Below, in pieces: positions 1 through 19,290 of a stretch of 64,000 nucleotides of DNA. How positions within the stretch are numbered: the stretch's first letter is position 1; every line of letters begins with the position of its first letter. Location: the NCBI RefSeq assembly GCF_009914755.1, contig NC_060939.1; one strand, written 5' to 3'. A model generated the notes under the pieces. It was given only the letters and a program-made list of their open reading frames with translations. It made no database searches and was not told the origin of the DNA. This stretch comes from the human T2T-CHM13v2.0 reference genome, Homo sapiens. Made by a program: the position numbers and the translations under genes.

Positions 1-1808
1 AATTCCTCTTTTTAGGAAATCACCTCAGGAATTTCCTAAAATTATGCCTATAGTACTTTTAAAAATAGTCTGTCTTACAGAACTCTAAGTATTCTAATAA
101 TGATAGTATTAGTGAAATAAAGGTGTCATACCAATTCCATCACTGTGTTTATAATATCCAGGATTTTCACTCTGCCTAACTTCCCAAACTGGCCTAACAC
201 ATGTCTTATGGTCAGTGGCAAAGTGGACATTAAACTTGCTAGAATTCCTCAGTACTAATATGCTTTCAAAAAGCTTACCATCTAGTCATAGATAATACAG
301 CTGCCAATTTTAAGCTTACCCTTTCAGCCCTATCAACAAAAAAAGGGCTTTCAGTCAAGCAAAAGTACTTAACAAAGCTATCCAGTGAGAGTTCAGAGAT
401 TACAAGGAACAATCTTTACTCAGGCAGAAGGAAACCTGCAAAGACTTTCAGAATGAACAATACAGATCAGGCATATGTGAAGAGTGAATGTGAAAGATGG
501 AAAATCTTCCCAAGCCTACCACCCAATTCTGATCATTTGATAGTAGCAATTCCCATAACTCATTCATCCTGGCTATTTGGATCTTTCAAATCATATAATT
601 GACCTGAATCTTTGTGGTGTCTCCTTTAGGAAACCAACTCTAGAAAGCAGAGGAATGTGTCACCAATTCTGCATAAGTACTTCATTTTAAGCTCCATTTT
701 CCTGGCTCCTCTTCATCATGATCATCTTCCTTTATCTATCCCACAGCCCCTGCAGAACATGTCCTCAACCAGGACACCAAGTTACTGAAAAGTCACAAAT
801 GAACTTTATAGGTCGACAAAGGCTGAGAAGACCCCAATCTTCACAGAGGAGGAGAGAATGTCCAATAGTCACCGCAATGGCTGCTACCAAAAATAAAATG
901 TCCTCTTTCATTTCTCTGAACTTCTCTAATCTCATCTATGAAAGATGACATATTTGGAGGGTCAAGGTGGATCCTAAGTCTCCACGCTGACACAGATCAA
1001 TCCAGGGAAAATCCACAGCTCAGCCTACAGGACATAAAAATTCTTCACCACTTCCAATTTCTAGCTTCCATGATTCAGCCTTTGTAGATGCAGATGTGAT
1101 GTCCTTCACCTCAATATTTACCCTAAAACAAGCGACACCTAACACTTTGTCTTTGTGAGGAAGACTATGCAAGTCACTACGGTGATTATTTTAAAAGTTA
1201 GGCTGAGCTAAATGAACAAGAGAATAATAATAAAAATCTCTCCTCCTGCTCAACAGTGACTTATAATTAGCTTTCTCACCAAGTGTAGGGCCCAAAAAGC
1301 CCCTGAGCATCGAACATCCACACTGAGCACTACATAATAGGTTGTGCCTATCTTCCCAATGCCATTAAAAAGCTGCTTCCCCATCTGCATGGATTATGTT
1401 GAAGGAAATGCCAAATACACTAAGGTACCTTAAAGGGATTCTAGGCTTTATGAGAAAAGGATGATGACATTCTGGAATTTAGAACCCAGCTGTTTTCCCC
1501 AAAACAGTTGGTGACTATTCTGTTAACCCTGTACCACTGTATATGACCTAGTAAAAATTGTCAGATCAATCACCTTCAGAACAAGGCCAGCATCAAACCC
1601 TGGCACAGAACTCCAAGATGAGAGTAGATGACTTGACAAAGCTGAATAAATAAGGGAATACAAAGATCAGTCTTTGGATGGGCAATGAAGTCATAAGATC
1701 TTAGAACTGATCTGTAGTATAGTGTGTCAGGATAAGCTCTGGCTGCATGTAACAAAGACCTGTACCTGTATATCACGGCCCAAACAAGATAAAAGATTCT
1801 ATCTCTGT

Positions 1809-2451
<643 letters not shown>

Positions 2452-3809
2452 TTTGTCAACTAAATGAAGTACAGAGTCCAGCAGTCAAAGGCTGGTATGG
2501 TGGCCCAGGCTCCCCCTATTGCTCTGCCATGCCTGGGGAGGCCCTTCTTGCCACAGTCCAATATGAGAACCAGAGCTCCTGCTATCCCATCAAAATTCCA
2601 GGCAGCGAGATGGAAAAATAGTTGAAGAAAAAGGGGCAGAAGGCATGCAGCATCTATCAATTAAGGTTTTCTAGAAACTACAATAGAACATTTGCACTCA
2701 TTTCTCTTTTGGACAGAGCTATATTGTAAGTATAAGAAATACATCATAGTTCTATCAAACCACAAAGTATGTAAGATAATTTTTTTCGGGTGGCCATGAG
2801 TCCAGATAAGAATCAGAGGTTCTATTACCACAGAGAAAAAGGGAGAATGACTATGGGGTTAGGAAGCAAATACTCTCTGTGACAAGTTATGGGACCAAAC
2901 TACTTGAGAAATAGCTAGTTAATAAGGGTCAGCTTCTAGGGGAGGGATTGTGCTCACTAAACCATGAGTTGTCTCCCAACCATTTTGAAAACTTGTAATA
3001 TTCAGACTTCTCAAACTGGAATTTTAGACAATGTGCCTTTCAACATTTTTTTCAGTTCTAACATAGGGTAATTATGGGGTAAAATTCTAGTTTCCAGCAG
3101 AATGTAACAGCTTTTACCAAAATAAATATTGTTTACTACCTTTCTAGGGGAAAATGGGAATGACTTCAGGAGTGATGATTCTATTTATTAATTTTCATTT
3201 TTCATACATTTTAGCACAACTATGTGCCAAACACTATTGTATGTTAATAACATAAATATAGAAGATACACTCCTGCTCTCCTTATTCTCAGACAGACTCT
3301 GAGTTGAACAAGACAAGAGAAGACTACATGAAACAGAAAAAAAGAAACTTAAAGGAAATCTGAATTCTTTCCTCAAGGACTTAGAGGGGGTCACATTCTC
3401 TCCCTTTATTATTTTATACACACAATGATATGCTCGTGATACTAATTTATTTAGAAAAGATTTGGTCCACCAAGAAGCTTATGTGTCTTACTAATAACTT
3501 GTCTGACACCTAAAATGTTGAGTATTAGTTAACTTTGTTGGTGAAAACCACCATACAAATAATCAAAGCTTCCGGGTCCAATGCCTGGAGTTGAAAGCCC
3601 AACAACACCATCAGCAATCTTGCAACCACACCTAGTTCACCCTCAGGGAGAGCAGATGAGAAAGAACTTTCCCACATACTACCAATATAAACAAGTAATA
3701 ACTTTAAGGAGAAAAAAGTAACCCCTCCGTGACAGCAACAAAACCTTAAGAATGGGTGAGACCTATATGAAAAAAAATATAAAGCTACACAGAAAGATCC
3801 TTGATTATT

Positions 3810-4200
3810 CATTTAACAAAAATTTGTTAAGAGCCAGATACTGTATTAAGTGCTGAAAATATAAAATTAAATAGATTAGTGCCATACCCTAATGAGTTAA
3901 GGATCACATAAATAAGCAGTTACAGAACATGCAATGACAGACACAAAGTCTTATGGGAGCATTGTGTGTGTGTGTGGCAGGGGGAAGGGGGGCATAGTGA
4001 ATCCAGGTTGGGGCAGAGTCAGTGAGGCTTCCTAGGAGAAGTGACACCTGATCCGACGGAAAACAAAGAGCTGCCCAGGCAAAAAGCCAGAAGGAGATGG
4101 TAACTAAAAGAAGGGCCAAAATCAGAAAGGAGAAAATGCAGGTACTGTGGGATGTGCAAGCAATTTGCTGTTACTAGAGCATAAAATGTGAACAAGGTAA
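3810..4200. mobile_element. L2 3' fragment
   Basis: ATTCATTTAACAAAAATTTGTTAAGAGCC...CTGTATTAAGTGCT typical of L2 3' end. Confidence 0.6.
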
Positions 4201-4362
4201 AGATAAGGACAGAGGTATAAATGGAAAAGTGGAACATTCCTGGATGAAACTTTACAACTGTAAAGATGTCAATATTAATGTTTATAGTCAATGTAACTCC
4301 AATCAAATTATTGTTAATGTTTTATAGTCAATATATTTAATATTTATTTATATCCAGTGTGA

Positions 4363-4734
<372 letters not shown>

Positions 4735-5454
4735 TAAAATTATTATTTTAATTTGTATATACTTGAAAATATCTTTCAGAAAATTATCATTTAATATTTT
4801 GAACATCTTCCAGATTTCTAAATACAAACATGAAAAATCTATTAACAAAATCATAAAAATGGGCATCTTTTTTGACTGCTGTACTACAAAGACTTTAAAT
4901 GACATATAAATTCAAAAACTCTAAAACCACATTATTCAAATAATGCTAGTCTTTTAATCTCTGTCAGTATAACAAAACCTTTTCCCACCAATGCCAAGAT
5001 CATTTCTGTAAGTATCCAGCAGATTTCTTGCTTTTATTGCTCTCCCCACTGTTGGCTTGTGAGTCTGTTCTGTTTGTTTTTGTGCACACTATGAGCTTAG
5101 CTGAAAACTCTAAAATAATATTAGACTAATTAGGACGTCCATAATGTCCCTTGAATACACCTGTCTGACACTACAATGTAAATCTTAAATTATCTGTTTC
5201 TCTGCCTCTTCCCCCTCCTATTCAACCCAATGGACATGAAATATGTTTCTGCACAAAAAAAATACGCATCCAACTTCCCTTCTCATCTCATTAGGTTTTC
5301 TTTTATTTTTAGTTTTGAAAAACAGTATTCTACAGAGCTGTGATTTAAATGGGCAAATGACATACAGAGTAATTTGAATTTTTAAATGTTTTGTTTAGCC
5401 TTCCTGTCAAAAATTAGAGCAAATATGTGCAATCTGATTTTTATTCTTTTTCAG

Positions 5455-5760
5455 GTCATGTCCTTTGAGACTAACGGAGCAGCTGTGGCTTCTTGTCACA
5501 GCATACATTTATAGAAAATCGGGCATACCATTAGAGGGGAGACTCAAAGCTTGGTCCTGAAAATGATGTGCAAACAAATGTGCTCTCCACCAATGGGGTC
5601 AAGGTACGGCAAGGTAGATACAAACCCTACATTCTACCGATTCCAAACTTCACAGAAAACCAAGTGGCCACAAGGTGTCAAGGCGAGTTCCCTCTCCGAC
5701 GTGCCAAACTGATCTTCTCTGGAGATGTTTGTGCATCACTGATAGTGTCTAGGTTTTTGT
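5455..5760 (+). ncRNA. Candidate structured RNA / non-coding exon (unidentified)
   Basis: Strong acceptor CTGATTTTTATTCTTTTTCAG|G; five nested helices with G-U pairs on + strand; 7 CpGs retained; no repeat recognised. Confidence 0.3.
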
Positions 5761-6487
5761 TCATTGATGCAAAACATTTTTTGGTTTTCTGGTTTTTTTA
5801 CTTCCTCAAGGGATAATACACATTATATGTTCAGTAGTCTGAGGTATATAGTGATCTTATCTTAGTTGGGGCTCGATGCTGCCTAGCTCCACACAAAGCC
5901 AACATGATTTCTGCAATGTACACATCTTCAGTAAAGCACTGTTAACTGTCAGAGCCCAGTTTTTATTACTACTCTTGTGACTGGTGCGGTGCCTGGCACA
6001 CAGTAGGCAGTTAGTAAATGTGCATTTAGGAAGGAGGGAAATAATAATGCGTAAATATATGCATGCAAGAATAAATGAGCAAACGAACAAGAATACAAGG
6101 CTAAACAAAATCAACAAATGAACATCAGTAGTCTATGTGCCATAAAGGGGATAAGGAAACAGAGAAATAAGGGGGGAAATCATGTTACTTTCATGAAGCT
6201 TGCCAAAAATATAGGGCAAAAATGTAAAATACAGAATTCTGTTTGCAACCAGAAATTTCTAGTAAATCAAATAACTCAAATAAGAACAAGTGGGAAGGAG
6301 AAAAAAATGGCAGAGATCTTCAATTAGAATTTTCTTAAACCACTCTCAAAAAGGGAGAAAGATGAAAAGAAACTAAGGATGGATCTCAAAATGTAATATT
6401 CCAGCAATTACCACTATCCAAGACAAGTGAACAGTGCAAACTTACTAGCTGATGAGCTATGAACATGACCATTACAAAGGTAAAACT

Positions 6488-6775
<288 letters not shown>

Positions 6776-6863
6776 CTAAAAGATATACTAAAATGTCTGG
6801 CTTTTAAACATTCCCCTTGTTGGTAATAAGCAAGCTTTAGAAATTCATCCCCACAGAAATTTT

Positions 6864-9023
<2,160 letters not shown>

Positions 9024-9084
9024 TTAACATGTAGGAAGAAATTCATACAAACACCAGCCTTGCTTATATCAGAAAGTAGTATTT

Positions 9085-9212
9085 GCAGGGCGTGGTGGCT
9101 CACACCTGTAATCCCTGCTACCTGTGAAGATAGCTTGAGCCCAGGAGTTGGGGGTTACAGTGAGGTATGAGCACACCCCAGTACTCCAGCTTGGGTGGAA
9201 AAAAAGAAACAA
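9085..9212 (+). mobile_element. FAM/FRAM-type Alu monomer
   Basis: Single right-type monomer bounded by TSD AAAGTAGTATTT. Confidence 0.8.
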
Positions 9213-9451
9213 GCAAAGTAGTATTTTCCTGAATATTCTGTTTTTAAACTATTGTTTGCAATGCATAATGTGAATTCTTTTGAAATTTACTTTTGTTCTT
9301 TTTGGACTTTCTTTCCTGAATAAAAACTGGCATCACCACTACTAGCAAAGTGAACTCTACCTGAAGCATCTTAAAGCTGGTGATAGGAAAAGCAGAAAGG
9401 GGTGTGCACTCTCTGGGTTCCCTGCTGTGCTTATGCAGCCCCTCTGATTAG

Positions 9452-9908
<457 letters not shown>

Positions 9909-10195
9909 TGATGCCAAGAATTTTAAATAGCACTACCAGCACCAAAAGTGCAGAACCAGGAAGGAGCCACTGAACTCTGCCCAATCTCCAGAAAGAACAC
10001 GCACTGGATAGTGCAGCTACATAACAGGAAGGCACTGACAGGCCTTCATTAGGATCTTACTCCTCTTTTCTGGTAAATGAAACTGAAACCACTGACAGCT
10101 AATACTAACAATGTAACTAAAAGTTTAATAAAGTAGAAGAACCCAGGCAGTTGGGGTGGATAGGGTTTTTCTCTTAAAAAAAAAAAAAAATCATC

Positions 10196-10490
10196 GGCCG
10201 GGCACAGTGGCTCACTAGCACTTTGGGAGGCCGAGGCAGGGGGACTGCCTGAGCTCAGGAATTCAAGACTAACCTGGGCAACACGGTAAAACCCCATCTC
10301 TACAGAAATACAAAAAATTAGCTGGGCATGGCAGCATGTACCTGTAGTCCCAGCTACTCAGCAGGCTGAGGCAGGAGAATTGCTTGAACTTGGGAGGCGG
10401 AGGTTGCAGTCAGCTGAGATCGCGACACTGCACTCCAGTCCGGGTGACAGAGTGAGACTCCGTCTCCAAAAAAAAAAAAAGAAAAAAAAA
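10196..10490 (+). mobile_element. AluS/J with small 5' deletion
   Basis: Alu consensus; TSD AAAAAAAATCATC. Confidence 0.95.
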
Positions 10491-10984
10491 ATCATCAAGT
10501 CTGTCAAATGCAGTTTTCCCCTATGGGTGGCTCTTCAAGATTCACACTTTAACATAACGCTAAGGTTTGGGTATATTTTATTCTTGACATATATTCCTAA
10601 AATTGGAATTACTGGGTACAGGAATAAAATTTAGTTTGAAACTATTTGTTATGTTACTCTATAGATCTGCTGAAACATAGATCCAACGTGCAAATTCCAT
10701 TCATAACATTCTCATCCACTTTTACACAAATGTGTGTTAAATGCCTACTATGTGTCAGATTAGAAGCTAGTGATACAGAATGTTATCCAAAGTCCCTGCT
10801 CTCATGGAATTACTACTACTTAAATGTCTACTAAAGGGAGAAGAAAATTTAAATGAATCACCTAGTTCCTGAAAGCCCTATCAATAACTTTTGTATTTAC
10901 ATACACAATTGTATTAAAAGTGTTATTATTTATTAAGTATATTAAGAAGTACAAGCCCTTCTACTTATTAAAATAATAGAATGT

Positions 10985-11309
<325 letters not shown>

Positions 11310-11771
11310 TTAATTGCTTTTAAAGCTCTGTTTCCACACAACTTTTTCCTAACTTGTATATCCTTAGATGGCAATTGCTGGATGTCATCTATGTGATTAA
11401 AAGGTGCCATCTGGAAATTAAACTTTGCACTACCTTTTGGATACCGATTCTATAGCATAGCAAGATCCCAGAATGTTCTTTTATTGAAAGAACGTTTCCA
11501 TCTTCAACTTTCCTCTAGTGCTTAGTGTCATAGCTCTTCCATACCCATCTGTAGGTGTTTGGATTCTACCACTGGTGGGCACCCTTCTGAATTCAAACAA
11601 ACTTACTCTCTAGTATGACAATGTATTTTTTAAATCAGATTTGGGCTGATTTTTTTATCTTTGAAGCTTAACCTACTATTTTTTTCACTGTTCTTCTGCA
11701 ATGGTTTATATTTTCTACTTCAGAGATACTTTTTAACAACTCAGACACTGTTTTCAATGCAACTGTATTTC

Positions 11772-12068
11772 TTTTTTTTTTTTTTAAGAGACAGGGCCCC
11801 ACTCCATTACCCAGTATGGAGTGCAGTGGTGCAATCATAGCTCGCTGCAGCCTCAATCTCCCAGGCTCAAGTAATCCTGCCACCTCAGCCTCTTGAATAG
11901 CTGGGACTACAGGTATTCACCACCATGCCCAGCTAACTTTTTTATTTTTTGAAGAGATGAGGTCTCCCTATGTTGCCCAGAGTGGTCTCGAATTCCTGGC
12001 TCAAGTGTTCTTCCCACCTCAGCCTCCCAAAGTGCTGGAATTACAGGCATGAGCCACCACACCCAGCC
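11772..12068 (-). mobile_element. AluJ
   Basis: GCTCGCTGCAGCCTCAATCTCCCAGGCTCAAG AluJ-type. Confidence 0.95.
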
Positions 12069-12304
12069 CAGTCATAACTACTTCTTAACTGAATCGCTGC
12101 AGTTGTATTCTAACTGGTTTACCTACCTCCAATATAGTATTCTGAAGGCCCCACCAACTCCACCAGATAAATAGAACAACCCATTATCTGTATTATATTC
12201 AAAATGATCTTTTAAAAATACAAATCTGATCCTGCCAGACTCTTAGTTAAACCTCTCTATAACTGCCCTCCACTAATTTTAGATAAGGTATAATAACTTT
12301 TATA

Positions 12305-12770
12305 TCCAGCCATGATGGAGGCTAGGGATCAAATGTACCCTCCTACCTGAAACAGTCACAAAGTCTGCCCCCTAATTCATGCCTCCTAACGCATAAGGCA
12401 GTGGGTAGAGAATTCCTGAGGCATTGGGTAGAGAATTCAAAAGGGTCTTGCTGTAGTAGAGAATAATTAACGCCACACGAAACATTGCTCTGGTCTCACC
12501 TAACAAATATTAAAAGCAAGACCTAAAGAGATTAAACTGTTTCCAAGTAACTTAATTATACCCCAGAATAAAAACTACATAGTATTTATAGGAATACAAA
12601 ATTATGACTGCACTCAACAAGGTAAAAGCAATTTCTGATATGCCATCAAAAATTACATGGCATGCACAGACGCAGGAAAATAATGGCCCCCTAAAGAGGA
12701 GAATGATCAGTCAATCAAAATAATGCCAGAACTGACACAGATATGAAATTAGCAGAAAAGGACATTATGG
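12305..12770 (+). mobile_element. Old L1M 5'/ORF1 fragment
   Basis: CAAAAATTACATGGCATGCACAGACGCAGGAAAAT...CAGAACTGACACAGATATGAAATTAGCAG resembles L1M ORF1 start. Confidence 0.65.
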
Positions 12771-12946
12771 CTTGTTAGCATAGCTTACATCACCCAATAC
12801 AATCTGGCACCCATCGAATTCTCCAGGCCTCAGTTCTCTCCCTTACACTCTATACTTCAACTGTACTGAATTTCAGTTCTTCAAAAATGCCATGTTCTTT
12901 CTTGCATTCATGTTAATTATCTCTCCTGGTTATAATACTTGTCCAT

Positions 12947-13131
12947 CCAGTGGTGTGCAGGAGAACTGTTTAGGGGCTGGGAGAGAGTCCTCATTTGATG
13001 TGTTTAACAATATCCATGGTCTAAGCACACCCACCACGGCCAATTTCAATCTGTCAAAAATTTAGCCACTAACTTGCAGAGTTCCTGAATTTTTAACAAT
13101 CAACTCTGAAGCTGGTATAAGCCTGCATCCA
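12947..13131. mobile_element. MER63-like hAT fossil inserted in an L2
   Basis: Terminus CCAGTGGTGTGCAGGAG; internal CCCACCACGGCCAATTTCAA; L2-like flanks. Confidence 0.6.
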
Positions 13132-13423
13132 TCCCTCTCATCATCTGCCTGGAGCCTAATCATTCATCCTTGAGTCTCAAGTTAAACATCAGTTCCTCTA
13201 GGAAGCCTTTTAAGATCCTTCAAATCTGTTAAATGTTCCTCCTCTGTACTCCTATATAATACACTGTACTTGATACCATCACAACACTTATGATACTCTA
13301 TTGTTATTACCTGACATATAAAACCCAAAAGGTAGATATTGTGCCCACCCTATTCATTAATCCATCTGCAGGACATTAGCACAATAGCTAGCGTGCAATG
13401 ACACTCAAAAATCAGCTGAATGA

Positions 13424-14340
<917 letters not shown>

Positions 14341-14355
14341 AAAAATAGCTGAATG

Positions 14356-14662
<307 letters not shown>

Positions 14663-14765
14663 TCAGTCACTGCTAAGGAGATAATGATGAGTAAAAAACA
14701 GCCCAAGCTCTTTACCAACTTATAATACATTGTCTGGGGAGGACTAGAGATTAGATCAACACACT

Positions 14766-15213
14766 ATATGCGTTTCCTAGGGCAGCCTTGTACAGGACCA
14801 CAAAGTGAGTGGCTTAAAACAACAGAAACTTATTCTCCCAGTTCTGGAGGTTAAAAGTCTGAAATCAACATGCTGGCAAGGCCATGCTGTCTCTGAAGGC
14901 TCTAGGGGAGGAGCTTCCTCTCATCTTCCTAGCATCTGGCCTTGCTAGCAACCCCTGACATTCCAGTTTGTAGTTGCATCACTCCAATCACTGATTCTGT
15001 GGTCCCATGGCCTTCTTCCCTCTGTGTCTCTGTCCAAATTTCTCTCTCCTTTTGACACTAGTCATTGAATCAGGACACACCCTCATCTTGTGTGACCTCA
15101 TCTTCACTTGATCACATTTGCCAAGACCATATTTACAAATAATGTCACATTCACAAGGACTGAAGTTTAGGACTTGAACATATCTTTTAGGAGGGCACAA
15201 TTCAACCCACAAC
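14766..15213 (-). mobile_element. MLT1B/C solo LTR
   Basis: GTGGCTTAAAACAACAGAAACTTATTCTCCCAGTTCTGGAGG...CACAATTCAACCCACAACA. Confidence 0.88.
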
Positions 15214-15926
15214 ACACAAAAATAGCTATGAAACAAGACAAAAACATGACAAATGCCACAAAAAGACATATAAAGTGCTATGGTTCAGAAGTCCCAGGGG
15301 GATTAACAGAGGACTTCATGGTATTCAAAAATAGTATTTGAAATGGTCCTGAAGAGGAGTATAATTTGGGTTAAGAGATATAAAGGAGAAGAGTAGGACA
15401 TTCCGAGTAAAGGGGGAAATATTATAGTGTTGTAAGACAGAGGTAGGAAAGGGTGATGATACCAGGAAGGAGTCCAATTTGATAAAAGCATTAGCTCTAA
15501 GTGTGATATACTGGAAAGGTAGGTGGGGACCAGACAGAAGGTGGTCACATGCCTAAATAAGGATTCTGTACTTCATTCAGCAGACTTTTGGGGACCACTG
15601 AGGGAGTTAACTGTGGTAAAAACAGCCCCCTTTTCTCACCTCTGCCCCTATGACACGGTGAAGAGGCTCATACACTGTTGACAGGACACTTTCAAGTGCA
15701 GTTCTTTGAACTTGTTCACATCACCCAGGTAGCAATTACTGATGCTCAAACTGAATTTTCTTCATTGATCCAGCTACCATATGGTAGTAGAACTAGAAAC
15801 AGCTGGAGGGTCCTCAAAGATTTTGCTATTGTGTTTAATCTATTTTGTTCATCTGCTGAAATAGTTTTCTCTTGAAAATGCAACATTGATTCAAAGTGTT
15901 TACATTTATTTGCTTCAGGGAAAACC

Positions 15927-16224
15927 TTTTTTTTTTTTTTTTTTTGAGACGGAGTGTTGCTCTGTCATCCAGGCTGGAGTGCAGTGGCGCCATCTCAGCT
16001 CACCGCAACCTCCGCCTCCCGGGTTCATGCCATTCTCCTGCTCAGCCTCCCGAGTAGCTGGAACTACAGGCACCCGTCACCAAGCCCAGCTGATTTTTGT
16101 ATTTTTAGTAGAGACAGGGTTTCACCATGTTGGCCAGAATGGTCTCAGTCTCTTGACCTCGTGATCCACCTGCCTTGGCCTCCCAAAGTGCTGAGATGAC
16201 AGGCATGAGCCACCGCACCCGGCC
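15927..16224 (-). mobile_element. AluSc/Y
   Basis: Alu consensus; TSD AGGGAAA(A/G)CCTTTT. Confidence 0.96.
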
Positions 16225-16752
16225 AGGGAAAGCCTTTTCTATCCTTAACTTGCAAGCTAGCATACAAAACTTAGATTTCTGACTAGCAGAAAAACCATTC
16301 TCTTAGGTAATTCTTCCTTCCAGAAGTATGTTCCAGAGGTCGTACCAACTCATTCTTTTAGATTAAAAGCTAAGGATCCTCAAATCACAGTTCAGTTTTT
16401 TTTTTTTTCACACACAAGTATAAAGTCATGTGCAAAGAAGTAAACAGAACAGAGAATCTAACTTACAGCAATTCAATGGAAATTCACAGTAAGAATGCCA
16501 AGGTCACAATTATCGCATGTATTATTGTCCTAGTGTCTACATCTGTATTTATGAATCACCTTTTTTTTCTTTCCTCTTCTTCTCTCTAAGCCCTTTTCTA
16601 GGATACTGCAATTATAGTTGTTCTATTGGAAATGAGTCCTTGAAACCCTTCAGAATCTAGAAGGTCAACTCTCCCACAAAGCCACATTATGTCTAAATGT
16701 TCTCAACTGTGTGAGATTACAGTCACTCTACTTAGTGCGGGAAAGTGGATAG

Positions 16753-17067
<315 letters not shown>

Positions 17068-17443
17068 TAGTAATTTTTAAATACAAAAAAAAAAACTGAT
17101 CGCATAGCAAAATAGGTCAAGTAAAATATCACTGGTGCTGTATTTATTTTCAACCATACAATAATTACCTTAAGGTCTAAAACTTGACATTTATCTATAG
17201 GTGACAAGTTTAAATCAAATTTAATTTAAAGTCTTAATTATTCTATTTCATAAATAGCAATACCCAGACAACTATTAACTTGCCAACGAACAGTTTTTTG
17301 TGTTTTCTTCAGTAGTAACCTTGAGACGTATCTTCTACCTTTCCTTCAAAGATTCCTTGGGCTGGGGCTAGAAAGAAGGAAATGTCTACAGAGCACCCTT
17401 GATGTAAGTAACTCCATCTTAGAAAAAGATTCTACCTTACGCT

Positions 17444-17751
<308 letters not shown>

Positions 17752-17849
17752 TTACCTTTCAAAAGGCATCATGCCAACAAGGACTAGATATTCACACACT
17801 AGAAGTCCACAAACAATGAAATACCGACACGTGCATACACACGCACACA

Positions 17850-19290
17850 CGTTTTATCTATTTGCCCACTGATGGACACTCACATTGACTCCATATCTTC
17901 GCTCTTGTGAATAATACTGAAATGAACATAGAGTACAGATATCTTTACAAGATGGCAATTTCAATTTCATGTCCTTTGGGTATATATCCAGAAGAAAGAT
18001 TACTAGGTCATATGGCAGTTCTATTTTTAGTTTATTTAGGAACCTCCATACTGTTTTCCATAATGGCTATACCAATCCACATTCCCACCAACAGTGTGCC
18101 AGGGTTCCCTTTTCTCAACACCTCACCAACATTTACATCTTGACTTTTTTATAACAGCCATCCTAATGAACATGAGGTGGTATCTCATGGTAGTTTTAAT
18201 TTGTGTTTCCCCAATGATTAGTAATGTTGAACACCTTTTCATATATCTGTTGACCATTTTTATGTCTTTTTTGGAGAAATGTCTATTCAGGTCCTTTGTC
18301 TACTTTTTAAACAGATTGTTTTTCTGCCACTGAGTTCTAAAATTTCTAAGAACTTAAAAATGTAACCTCTTATCAGATATGTAGTCTGTGAATACTTTTT
18401 CCTAGCCCATAGGTTGCCTTTCCATTTTGTTGACTGGTTTTTTGTTTTGTTTGTTTCGCTGTGCAGAAGCCTAATTTGATATAGTTCATGTATTTATTTA
18501 TCTTTGCTTTTGTAGCTGGAACTTTAGGTGTGATCCAAAAAGTCATTGCCAAGGCCATCTATGAGCACAGGGTATTTTCCATTTATTTGCATCCTCTTTA
18601 TTTCAACAATGTTTTATTGTTTTTAGTGTACAAATGTTTTACCTCCTTCAAATTTATTCCTAAGTGTTTTATTTTTGTTGATGACATCACCAACAAGTGA
18701 GATTTATTCCTGGTATGCATGGCTAGTTTAACACACACAAAATCAATGTGATACACCACATTAACAGAATGAAAGATTTAAAAACCCCATGATCATCTCA
18801 ATGGATGCAGACAAAGCCTTTGACAAAGTTAAATATCCTTTCTCAATAAAAACTCTTCACAGTTTAAGCATACAAGAAAAGTTCCTCAACATAATAAAGG
18901 TCACTCATGAAAAACATACAACTAACATCATAATCAACAGGAAACAAATGAAAACTATTCCACTAAGATCCAGTACAAGGCAGGGATGCCCATTTCTATT
19001 CAACATAGTACTGGAAATACTAGCAAAGGCAATCAAACAAGAAAGAAAAGGCATCCAAATCAATGCCTTTATCTCTATCTGGAGATGACATGATTTTATA
19101 CGTAGAAAACCCCAAAGATTCCACATAGTAACAACCTGTTAGAATAAATGAACTCAGTAAAGTTGCAATATACAAAATCAACACACAAAAATCAGTGCAT
19201 TCCTACGCACAAATAAAACAGCCTAGATGAAAAAGAAATCAAGACAACAATCCCATTTTTGATATCATAAAAAATTCTTAGGAATAAATT
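17850..19290 (-). mobile_element. L1MA-type element with 5' inversion (- strand 17850-~18688, + strand ~18689-19290)
   Basis: Minus-strand ORF2 C-terminal region abuts plus-strand RT region (MIISMDADKAFDKV...STRQGCP). Confidence 0.88.

Noticed and set aside
5563-5742. C/D snoRNA reading (ATGATGT ... CTGA) and a tRNA-like reading of 5603-5706
   Set aside because: Box C is imperfect and buried in a helix with no terminal stem; the cloverleaf has the wrong length and lacks D/T-loop consensus
15639-15875. Possible minus-strand exon with donor GAG|GTGAGA and palindrome CTACCATATGGTAG
   Set aside because: Ambiguous acceptor and stops in all frames; a 14-bp palindrome is expected by chance in 64 kb
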